A stretch of 64,000 nucleotides of DNA from assembly GCF_006345805.1 (NCBI RefSeq), contig NC_043024.1, positions 10,850,001 through 10,914,000 of the forward strand, in the 5' to 3' direction. Positions 1 through 11,697 of this stretch are shown piece by piece. Source of the DNA: Octopus sinensis. Lineage: Eukaryota. The translations under genes and the position numbers were made by a program. Below the pieces are notes generated by a model. That model did no database searches and was not told the origin of the DNA. It was given only the letters and a program-made list of their open reading frames with translations. Positions within the stretch are counted from its first letter, which is position 1; the number at the start of each line of letters is the position of its first letter.

Positions 1-749
1 CACACATACATATATATATATATACGACGGGATTCTTTCAGTTTCCATCTACCAAATCCACTCACAAGGCTTTGTATGTATATATCGTGGCACTCTGTTG
101 CTTACGACGGCGAGGATTCCAGTTGATTCGATCAACAGAACAGCCTGCTCATGAGATTAGCGTGCAAGTGGCTGAGCACTCCACAGACACGTGTACCCTT
201 GACGTAGTTCTCGGGGAGATTCAGCGTGACACAGAGTGACAAAGCTGGCCCTTTGAAATACAGGTACAACAGAAACAGGAAAAAAGAGGGAGAGAAAGTC
301 GTGGTGAACGAGTACAGCAGGGTTCAACACCAGCCCCTGCCGGTGCCTTGTGGACCTTTTAAATGTTTTTCGCTCAATAAACACAACGCCCAGACTGGGA
401 ATCAAAACCGCGAGTCCGCTGCCCTAACCACTGGGCAATTGCACCTCCACATTATAATGAGAGACAGAAAAAGAATTAAAAAAAGGCAACACTACAAGTA
501 AATAGGATATAACAAAAGCACAACTGTGTGTTTTATATGAAAGTTTGTTACTTTAAATATGTTTAATCTGATTAAAGTCTACTTAACGATGTTTAAGTAG
601 TCCTTCGTTTCTTTCTTTTCCTTCATCTTCACCGTGAACAGAGCAAAGCAGATTAATTGGCAGATTGTGTGTGTGAGAGAGAGAGAAAGCGAGGGAGTGT
701 CTGTTTGTTTTGTTACATATTCAAAAACCTCGTCAGTGTATTTGTCTTG

Positions 750-3250
750 GTTTGATGATGATAAGATATCTAACAACATCATCATCGTCATCATCATTAT
801 CATCACTGCAGTATGGTTGCTTCACTGGTGAAGGCCATGGATTGGTTCCTGTATGATCCTTGCTTGTTTGCTCTCTCTCTCTCTCTCTCTATACATGTAT
901 GCTGTAGGTCTGTTCTAACAAGGAATGGTTTCAGTTGAAACGTCTTTGAGTCTTAGTTTGATGATGATAAGATATCTAACAACATCATCATCGTCATCAT
1001 CATTATCATCACTGCAGTATGGTTGCTTCACTGGTGAAGGCCATGGATTGGTTCCTGTATGATCCTTGCTTGTTTGCTCTCTCTCTCTCTCTCTCTCTAT
1101 ACATGTATGCTGTAGGTCTGTTCTAACAAGGAATGGTTTCAGTTGAAACGTCTTTGAGTCTTAGTTTGATGATGATAAGATATCTAACAACATCATCATC
1201 GTCATCATCATTATCATCACTGCAGTATGGTGCTTCACTGGTGAAGGCCATGGATTGGTTCCTGTATGATCCTTGCTTGTTTGCTCTCTCTCTCTCTCTA
1301 TACATGTATGCTGTAGGTCTGTTCTAACAAGGAATGGTTTCAGTTGAAACGTCTTTGAGTCTTAGTTTGATGATGATAAGATATCTAACAACATCATCAT
1401 CGTATTCATCATTATCATCACTGCAGTATGGTTGCTTCACTGGTGAAGGCCATGGATTGGTTCCTGTATGATCCTTGCTTGTTTGCTCTCTCTCTCTCTC
1501 TATACATGTATGCTGTAGGTCTGTTCTAACAAGGAATGGTTTCAGTTGAAACGTCTTTGAGTCTTAGTTTGATGATGATAAGATATCTAACAACATCATC
1601 ATCGTCATCATCATTATCATCACTGCAGTATGGTTGCTTCACTGGTGAAGGCCATGGATTGGTTCCTGTATGATCCTTGCTTGTTTGCTCTCTCTCTCTC
1701 TCTATACATGTATGCTGTAGGTCTGTTCTAACAAGGAATGGTTTCAGTTGAAACGTCTTTGAGTCTTAGTTTGATGATGATAAGATATCTATCATCATCA
1801 TCATCATCATCATCATTATCATCACTGCAGTATGGTTGCTTCACTGGTGAAGGCCATGGATTGGTTCCTGTATGATCCTTGCTTGTTTGCTCTCTCTCTC
1901 TCTCTATACATGTATGCTGTAGGTCTGTTCTAACAAGGAATGGTTTCAGTTGAAACGTCTTTGAGTCTTAGTTTGATGATGATAAGATATCTAACAACAT
2001 CATCATCGTCATCATCATTATCATCACTGCAGTATGGTTGCTTCACTGGTGAAGGCCATGGATTGGTTCCTGTATGATCCTTGCTTGTTTGCTCTCTCTC
2101 TCTCTCTCTCTCTATACATGTATGCTGTAGGTCTGTTCTAACAAGGAATGGTTTCAGTTGAAACGTCTTTGAGTCTTAGTTTGATGATGATAAGATATCT
2201 ATCATCATCATCATCATCATCATCATTATCATCACTGCAGTATGGTTGCTTCACTGGTGAAGGCCATGGATTGGTTCCTGTATGATCCTTGCTTGTTTGC
2301 TCTCTCTCTCTCTCTCTATACATGTATGCTGTAGGTCTGTTCTAACAAGGAATGGTTTCAGTTGAAACGTCTTTGAGTCTTAGTTTGATGATGATAAGAT
2401 AACTAACAACATCATCATCGTCATCATCATTATCATCACTGCAGTATGGTTGCTTCACTGGTGAAGGCCATGGATTGGTTCCTGTATGATCCTTGCTTGT
2501 TTGCTCTCTCTCTCTCTCTCTCTATACATGTATGCTGTAGGTCTGTTCTAACAAGGAATGGTTTCAGTTGAAACGTCTTTGAGTCTTAGTTTGATGATGA
2601 TAAGATATCTAACAACATCATCATCATCATCATCATTATCATCACTGCAGTATGGTTGCTTCACTGGTGAAGGCCATGGATTGGTTCCTGTATGATCCTT
2701 GCTTGTTTGCTCTCTCTCTCTCTCTCTATACATGTATGCTGTAGGTCTGTTCTAACAAGGAATGGTTTCAGTTGAAACGTCTTTGAGTCTTAGTTTGATG
2801 ATGATAAGATATCTAACAACATCATCATCGTCATCATCATTATCATCACTGCAGTATGGTTGCTTCACTGGTGAAGGCCATGGATTGGTTCCTGTATGAT
2901 CCTTGCTTGTTTGCTCTCTCTCTCTCTCTCTCTCTCTATACATGTATGCTGTAGGTCTGTTCTAACAAGGAATGGTTTCAGTTGAAACGTCTTTGAGTCT
3001 TAGTTTGATGATGATAAGATATCTATCATCATCATCATCATCATCATCATTATCATCACTGCAGTATGGTTGCTTCACTGGTGAAGGCCATGGATTGGTT
3101 CCTGTATGATCCTTGCTTGTTTGCTCTCTCTCTCTCTCTCTCTCTCTATACATGTATGCTGTAGGTCTGTTCTAACAAGGAATGGTTTCAGTTGAAACGT
3201 CTTTGAGTCTTAGTTTGATGATGATAAGATATCTATCATCATCATCATCA
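750..3250. repeat. Tandem array of about 12 copies of a ~204-bp unit containing (ATC)n and (CT)n microsatellites
   Basis: The motif tcactgcagtatgg recurs every ~200-210 bp from ~803 to ~3057; units are nearly identical apart from microsatellite length. Confidence 0.97.
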
Positions 3251-3254
3251 ACAG

Positions 3255-3350
3255 TCCAAAATGCCTTATTCCACATGCAAGCATATTCTGTTTGCTTCAT
3301 TGATGTGCAGATATGCATCTATGTTCAGGTCTGATGTTTTTGTTGTGTGT
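3255..3350 (+). pseudogene. Duplicated fragment of the 3' end of XPO4 exon 2 and adjacent intron, lacking the splice donor
   Basis: tccaaaatgccttattccacatgcaagcatattct is identical to 4722-4756, then resumes at the intronic gtttgcttcattga; aggtaagtgttgcattcc is deleted. Confidence 0.85.
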
Positions 3351-4273
3351 TCATCATGGAGTCTGCTCAAATAAAGGCTGATCTGGGGCTACACAATGTC
3401 TTTGTTTCAACATCCACTTTTCCATGCTTCCACAGATTGGATGACACTTGAGGAACATTTTCCATGGCCGGATGCTCTTCCTGTTGCCAACCCTCCCCTG
3501 CTTCCGAGCAAGGTATTATTTCTCCATGGCCAGACATGTTTTCATGGAAGACTGGAAACAAATGACACTGCTTGTATAACAGTGACGCGCATTTACAACT
3601 ATCATGTGATGTGAAGATAAAGACACACCCAAACACATGCTCATGCACACCCACACACACACACACACACGATGGAGTTATTTTAGGGTGATGCTCCAAC
3701 ATGGTCGCTATCCAATAACTGAAACAAGATAACAAACTGTTTTTCACTGCTGAGGGGACATAACCCTCTGCATTAATGAAACTAGAACTAGACAACACCT
3801 AATTACCGAATCTAAATTGAAATCAATTTACATTGCTTGATATATGTCTCTCTCCTTCCCCACCTCATCTCCCCCTCTCTCGCTCTCTCTCTCGATATCG
3901 TTTAAAAGGAGATAATTCCCTATATTCATTTCATTACATTGTAATATTTGTCTGCTTCAAGGTAGTGAAATGGGTGAATCGTTGTTCATTGGGCAAAATG
4001 TGAGTTCAAATTCCGCCAAGGTCGACTTTGCCTTTCATCCTTTCGGGGTCGATAAATTAAGTACCAGTTACGCACTGAGGTCGCTATAATCGATTTAATC
4101 CGTTTGTCTGTCCTTGTTTGTCCTCTCTGTGTTAGCCCCTTGTGGGCACTAAAGAAATAGGTATTCATGGGCGACTGCTGGTCTTCCATAAACAACCTTA
4201 TCCAAACGTGTACCTTGGAAGAGAACTTAGCCTTTATATACATATAGGTTCAACCCCATTATATATACCAACA

Positions 4274-4577
4274 TGTGGAGGCACATTGGCCCAGTGGTTA
4301 GGGCAGCGGACTCGCGGTCGTAGGATCGCGGTTTTGATTCCCAGACCAGGCGTTGTGAGTGTTTATTGAGCTAAAACACCTAAAAGCTCCACGAGGATCC
4401 GGCAGGGGGTGGTGATCCCTGCTGTACTCTTTCACCACTCTTTCTCCCACTCTTCCTTCTGTTGGCCTGCTCGCTTAGCCAGCGGGGTATCGTCATTCGA
4501 AGGCTAAAACAATGCGAACGCATTGTGACCAGCGATGTGTAGCAACATCTGATGGTCTGGTCGGTCACGTGATCACA
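4274..4577 (+). mobile_element. tRNA-derived SINE family B
   Basis: tRNA-like head TGGCCCAGTGGTTAGGGCAGCGGACTCGCGG..GATTCCC and tail ggtcggtcacgtgatcac; copies at 24803-25106 (+), 28185-28495 (-) and partial at ~330-445 (-). Confidence 0.82.
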
Positions 4578-4652
4578 TAATATATACCAACATGAGAAGC
4601 TAGTATATTCTATATCATGAATGTCTGTTCTTTCTCTCTCTCTTCTTGCTAG

Positions 4653-4758
4653 GCTCCACCCGATGTTGTCACTCCAGTACAAAGACAGGCTGCAGAGAAA
4701 GTTGTTCTAGATTTCAGAAAATCCAAAATGCCTTATTCCACATGCAAGCATATTCTAG
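4653..4758 (+). CDS. XPO4: XPO4 coding exon (presumed exon 2): [35 protein letters not shown](E)
   Basis: Acceptor cttgctag, donor gtaagt; phase 0 in, phase 1 out; resembles human [36 protein letters not shown]. Confidence 0.93.
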
Positions 4759-6549
4759 GTAAGTGTTGCATTCCGTTTGCTTCATTGACGTGCAAATGTG
4801 CATCTATGTTCAGGTGTGGTGTTTTTGTTGTGTTTTGCAATGCAAAATTTTAAAATGTTGAGTTTTGTGATACTAAGAAAATGTCATCATCATCATTGTT
4901 TAACGTCCGCTTTCCATGCTGGCATGGGTTGGATAGGTTAACTGGAGTCTGGGAAGCCAGGAGGCTGCACCAGGCTCCAGTCTGATCTGGTAGTGTTTCT
5001 ACAGCTGGATGCCCTTCCTAACGCCAACCACTCAGAGAGTGTAGTGGGTGCTTTTTACATGCCACCGGCACGAGGGTCAGTTTGGTGGTACTGGCGACGG
5101 CCACGCTCAAATGGTGCTTTTTATGTGCGACCTGCACAGGAGCCAGTCCAGCGGCACTGGCAACGACCTCGTTGGAATGATTTTTTTCACGTGCCACCAG
5201 CACAAGTGCTAGTAAGCAACACTAGTAACGATCACCCTCGAATGGTGTGCTTAACGTGCCATCGGCACGGAGGCCAGCTTGTTGCTCTGGCAACGATCTC
5301 ACTCGTATGGTACTCTTAGCGCTCCACTAGCATGGATGCCAGTCACCGAGTTTGATTTCGATTTCATGTAAATGAAAACTGGGAAACTTTTGTGTTGTTC
5401 CAATCACCAACTTCAACAATTTTACCAAATTCTTCGTTATTTTCAAAATACACTTAACCCTTTCGTTACTATATTTATTTTGAGATACTCTGTATTTCAT
5501 TCAATTAATTTTAAATATAACAAAGAATTTAGTAAAATAACTTAGTTATCATTCAGCTAGTGTTAGGAACATAAATTGTGACTAAGGTTTGGTAGAAGAT
5601 TTTAATTCAGAACTTATGAAAACAAGACATTTGTACTCAGAGCCACTTTCAGGCAGGTTGGTATTGAAAGGGTATTAGGGGTATATTCATGGCAAAACTG
5701 ATGTTTTTGGTGTTTAACCTTTGCTAACCGTTTTTTTCTTTGCAGAAAATTGCCAATGTGACTATGTGTTATTCCAAGCAGCCACAACAATTAAAGAAGG
5801 CGTCGTTCGCGAGTGGTTGCTGCTATCTTCAGAGCAAATAGAGTCCTTGAGATCATTCCTTCTTCGCTTCATCACTCAACATGTGAGGTAAGAAACAGCC
5901 ACTGCTTTACACTCAAACACTATCGCCACCACCACCATCACCAACAATACAGATAAACAAGGGTGCCTCTATGGTTACTTGACCTGCTGAAAATAACAGC
6001 TAAACAGCAACAGCCTCCAGTTGTTTCATCTTACTTTAAGCAATTACTTTTAACCTAATGGCTGATATAGAATGTATTTTACTAAGCCAACCTCTGTGTC
6101 AGCGGTTTCTATCAGGGGTCTAAGTGACCCTTAAGGGTCCATGTAAGATTTTATTGTTAAAATTTGGCTGTGTGGTATGAAACTTGCTTCCCAACCATAT
6201 GGTTCTGGGTTCAGTCCCACTCTGTGGCACCTCGGGAAAGTGTTTTCTACTATAGCCTTGTGAGTGGATTTAGTAGATGGAAACTGAAAGAAGCCCACCG
6301 TGTGTATATATATTTCTTTACTACCCGCAAGGGGCTAAACATAGAGGGGACAAACAAGGACAGACAAAGGGATTAAGTCGATTACATCGACCCAGTGTGA
6401 AACTGGTACTTTATTTATCGACCCCAAGAGGATGAAAGGCAAAGTCGACCTAGGTGGAATTTGAACTCAGAACGTAACGACAGATGAAATACCGCTAAGA
6501 ATTTCGCCCGGCGTGCTAGCGTTTCTGCCAGCTCACCGCCTTGTGTGTG

Positions 6550-6605
<56 letters not shown>

Positions 6606-8779
6606 CATCGTGTGTGTATATATATATACACACACATATGTATGTATTTGTTATTTGTGTCTGTCCTTGTCCCCCTACCATCGCTTGACAACTGATGTTG
6701 GTATGGTTACGTCCCCTGTAACTTAGCGGTTCGGCAAAAGAGACGGAATAAGTTCTGGGGTTAATTTGTTTGACTAAAAGCGGTGCTCCAGCATGGCCGC
6801 AGTCAAATGACTGAAACAAGTTGAAGAATAAAAGAATACATCAGTTATACTCCTGCTATACATGAAATATTTTAACTTTTTTTTTTATACAAATCCCAAT
6901 AACATTTATTTCTAAAAATATAGGAGGATTTTTTTAAACAAGGCATAAAGGCTCGTCCCCTGCAACCCTCTCCTGCTGAGCATTCCTAATCTTGGGCTCG
7001 AAAGTGCTGGTGCCACGTAAAAAGCACCCAGGACACTCTGTAAAGTGGATGGCATTAGGAAAGACCTCCAGCCGTAGAAACCCTTCCAAAATAGACATGG
7101 GGCCTGAGCAGCCCTTCAGCTGGTCAGCTCCTCTCAAACCGTCCAACCCATGGCAGTATGGAAAATGGACATTAAATGTTGATGATGAATGGCCATGAGG
7201 GTCCAACCTAGTAAAATCGGAATGGAAGGGGTCCATAGGGGGTGAAAATGGTTGAGAACCCCTACTTGACATTGTTGCTCAATCCACTAGAAATAGCAGA
7301 AATTTCCCTCAAATCACATCATAACATCTTAGAAATGGAAGATATAGTGGACACTATGTAATCATCATCATCATCATCATCATCGTTTTAATGTTCCCTT
7401 TTCCATGCTTGCATGGGTTGGACAAAGTTTATTGAGGTAGATTTTCTGTAGCTGGATGCCCTTCCTGTCACCAATCCTCACCTGTTTCCAAACAGGATAA
7501 TATTTCCCCATGATGAGACATGTTTTTGCAGAATTTAGGAAATGAATGGATTTCATTTGCAAGAGTCACGTGATGTCAAGACAAAGACACACACACGGTG
7601 TGGCTCTGGGCAGACCATCCAACCATGCCAGCATGGAAAACAGACACCATAGGATCATCATCATCATCGTTTAACGTCTGTTTTCCATGTTAGCATGGGT
7701 TGGACGGTTCGACCGGGGTCTGGGGAGCCAAGAGGCTGCACCAGGCTCCAATCTTGATCTGGCAGTGTTTCTACAGCTGGATGCCCTTCCTAATGCCAAC
7801 CACTCCGTGAGTGTAGTGGGTGCTTTTTATGTTCCACCGGCACGGGTGCAAGGGGAGGCTGGCAACGGCTACGATCGGTTGGTGCTTTTTACGTGCCACC
7901 GGCACAGGTGCCAGGGGAGGCTGGCAACGGCCACGATTGGTTGGTGCTTTTTACGTGCCACCAGCACGGAAGCCAGTCAAGGCGGTGCTGGCGATGATAA
8001 TGATATGATGGGGCTTCTTTCAGTTTCTTTCTACCAAATTCCCCTACAAAGCTTTGGTTGGGCCACGCCTCTAGTCGAAAACGCTTGCCCAAGGTCCCCA
8101 CTGTCCTGGATATAAAAGTGAAACACAAAAGACAGGATAGTCATGCTGGAGCATCTTTCGATCACATATCTACTCATGCAAGGCTGACCTGGGGCTAAAC
8201 AACAGCAGCAGCAGATGTTCTTTGAGTGTTGTTTGTTTTTATTGTTCTTTTCTTTCTTTTTCCCCTTTCTTCTCATTTCGGTAGTCTTCAGAGTTACGTG
8301 AGGGAGCAGATACTACAGACGGTTGCTGTCATCTTAAAGAGGGGTACCATCGACGAGAAGGGAGCAAGCCGCGAGTCATTATTTGATGACGTCACCCGTC
8401 TCGTCAGCAGCGGCAATGTCACAATGGTAAGTCTCCAGCGACACGAATTTCCCGTCCCCTTTTTTTAAAAAAATTTTATGCTTTCAGTGTGTGTTTCCTT
8501 GTCACCCTTTAACTTTTACATTGACCCCTTAGCATTTGGATTACTCTGTCCAATGTAATCCTTATTTATTCACATTGTTTTGAAATAATCATACAAATAG
8601 GCGCAGGAGTGGCTGTGTGGTAAGTAGCTTGCTAACCAACCACATGGTTCCGGGTTCAGTCCCACTGCACGGCACCTTGGGCAAGTGTCTTCTGCTATAG
8701 CCCCGGGCCGACCAATGCCTTGTGAGTGGATTTGTAGACGGAAACTGAAAGAAGCCCGTCGTATATATGTATATATATA

Positions 8780-8810
<31 letters not shown>

Positions 8811-8975
8811 GGCGCAGGAGTGGCTGTGTGGTAAGTAGCTTGCTTACTAACCACATGGTTCCAGGTTCGGTCCCACTGCGTGGCACCTTGGGCAAGTGTC
8901 TCCTACTATAGCCTCGGGCTGACCAAAGCCTTGTGAGTGGATTTGGTAGACGGAAACTGAAAGAAGCCCGTTGTA

Positions 8976-9022
<47 letters not shown>

Positions 9023-11632
9023 GTGTCTGTGTTTGTCCTCCTAGCATTGCTTGACAACCGATGCTGGTGTGCTTACGTCCCCGTTACTTAGCGGTTCGGC
9101 AAAAGAGACCGATAGAATAAGTACTAAGCTTACAAAGAATAAGTCCTGGGGTCGATTTGATCGACTAAAGGCAGTGCTCCAGCATGGCCACAGTCACATG
9201 TCTGAAACAAGTAAAAAGAGAGTATCTTGTAGCTTTGAGATTTCAACGATGTGACTTTATTTTTAGAATGACATTGTAGGATAGGTGTAAGAGGCCAGAT
9301 CTGGCTGGTTTGAACCTAAAGTAGTTAAATATTTGGGTCAGATATGATTGGTTTAAATGCTAAAGGGTTAGGGGCCATTAATCCATTAATCTTTTTGTTT
9401 TGTTTCAATAAATTTTTGAAATAATGAAGAATTTAGTAATATAACTTTGCTGTTATTAAAATGGGGTTTGGGCCCTTAAATGAACAGGAAATTTTTATCA
9501 AAGGTTTGAATTTAGATCACTTTAGACCTTATCATATGCCAATTTAATATTGTTGTTTTTTTTTCCCCCCTTTTCTTTGCAGCAATTGGTTGCCTGTTCC
9601 CTGTTAATTGCTCTGTTGAATGAGTATGCTAGCGCTAGTCGAGCAAGTAGTGTTGGTTTCACTTGGGAGTTCCATTTTAAATGTAAAAGACGCTTTGAGG
9701 TAAGTCTACCATCATCATCATTTTCATGTTTGCATGGGTCAGATGGAATCTGTTGAGACAAATTTTCTAAGGTTGGATGCCGTTCCTGTCACAAACCCTC
9801 ATCTGTGTCCAACTAAGGTAAATATTTCCCAATAGTTGGACATATTTTTGAGGAAGATTGAAAACAAAGGACACCACTTGTGACTAAAGTTTGGTGGAAG
9901 ATTTTAATTGAAAACTTATGGAAACAAGACATTTGTACTACAGAGCCAGAGGCAGTTTCAGCCAGGTTGGTAACAGAAGGGTTAATCCACATCAAATGGG
10001 ATAAATATATATTTTAGTAATAATGTGGTGAACTGGCAGAAGCATTACCCTGCCAGACACAATGCTTTGCAGCATTTCATCCGTCCTTTACATTCTGAGT
10101 TCAAATTCCACCAAGGTCAACTTTGCCTTTCATCCTTTCAGGGTCGATAAATTAAGTACCAGGGTCTTGTGCCTTTAATAGTTTAGTCGTACTCCTACAC
10201 AACAAAAATTATTGTTGGATGTAACTGAACTCCACGACACTCACTCCTTTGAGACATTGGTGATTTTCATGCCATGTCCAAAGAAAATAATCACAAGTCT
10301 GTTTTGAATTGTTGATTAATCTATTAGTTAGATTTATGAATTAGCTAGTGAAATATATAGTCGTACTTCTACGCGACAAAAATTATCTTTTCTTTCACAT
10401 GTACATAATATAAAATGTTATATTTATATAATAAAACTAATTAAGAAAATGTTTTCTCTTCACGTTTTTTTCAACTTAGTATAAATAAATATGCATTTCT
10501 GTAATCATTAAATTATAATATTTTCTTACAGCGGTTAAATGAACACAAAGAAAATATTATACATACATGTCGTTAATATTCATAGCGTTCCATAAGTATA
10601 TTTCTCTCTGGTGTTATATACTGTAGTTAGGGTTTGTGTATAATGATAACACTTAAGTTATAAGTGACGTTCAATCATTATATACACCCTTACTCAAAAA
10701 AGCCAAATAAAATAATCTATTTCCCAATAGGAAACACAATAAATAGCATTACATTACTGTAACAAAACTAATTAGAGAATATACTATAATAATACCGACC
10801 ATATTCTGAGCGCCTTGTTTCCCTGGTCATGGATTCACTGAAGCTCCGGCGTCTGGCAACGGACTTGGTAAACACCCACAAAGTTACCAACCACCTCACC
10901 AACAACAACACTGAACACCTTTTTGATCTCCATGTGTCTAACACACGTGGACATGCCTACAAAGTCAGAAAGCAACACAGCTCCCATGACTTTCGGAAAC
11001 ATTTTCTTCACGCTCAGAGTTGCTGAAGCATGGAATAAACTGCCTGCGTCAGTTGTTGACTGCCATGACACTGCATCCTTTAAGGCCCTCATGCTTTCCG
11101 AAATCCGCCAAAACTACACCTGATTATATATACACTTTAGATGAGTTGTAGTGCACCTGAGCACTGTACACAATTATTATTATTATTATTATTAATATAA
11201 CCTAAGAGAAAGCTCAGGGTAGCTTAATACCTCTATAATAGAAAGGAATATATATTTTAGTAATGGAGGAAATCTCAAATGCAGGAGAATAACTGTGGAA
11301 ACAGCTTAGATGATCAGGTAAAATACCCATAGAGACGGAAAAAATTGCTTAGCATTGCCAGTACAAAGAATCAACTTCTTCTACCTCTCAAATTTTGGCT
11401 GAGTGCTCTGACCATTGAGCTAAATGACCCAACAGGGAGAATTTGACAAGTGCAGTGTTTAATTTTCTCTAGCAGTTGGCTGGCCTCTTTTTTTCCGTCT
11501 AGAAGAGTATTTTACTTAATCCTGTGAGCTGTTTTCACGGCTATTCTCCTGTGTTTGAGATTTCCTTCATTTCTAAAATACCAACTCATTCTGCACTTCA
11601 GTGTTCGTTTATAAATATGTTCTCAAATATAA

Positions 11633-11697
<65 letters not shown>

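Noticed and set aside
750-3250. CRISPR-like or retrozyme-like array
   Set aside because: The whole unit repeats with no unique spacers, the context is eukaryotic, and neither strand has a CUGANGA..GAAA hammerhead core (only CTGGTGA and an unlinked GAAAC).
3970-3999. ATG..AAT|GTGAGT (MGESLFIGQN) as XPO4 exon 1
   Set aside because: Phase is compatible, but the peptide does not resemble the XPO4 N-terminus (..QLENAAKVLM) and the donor is part of a SINE. Exon 1 is more likely upstream of the window.
8600-8680. tRNA genes at SINE heads (also 4274, 24803, 38855 and others)
   Set aside because: They have A/B boxes but no complete cloverleaf and continue into repeated SINE bodies.
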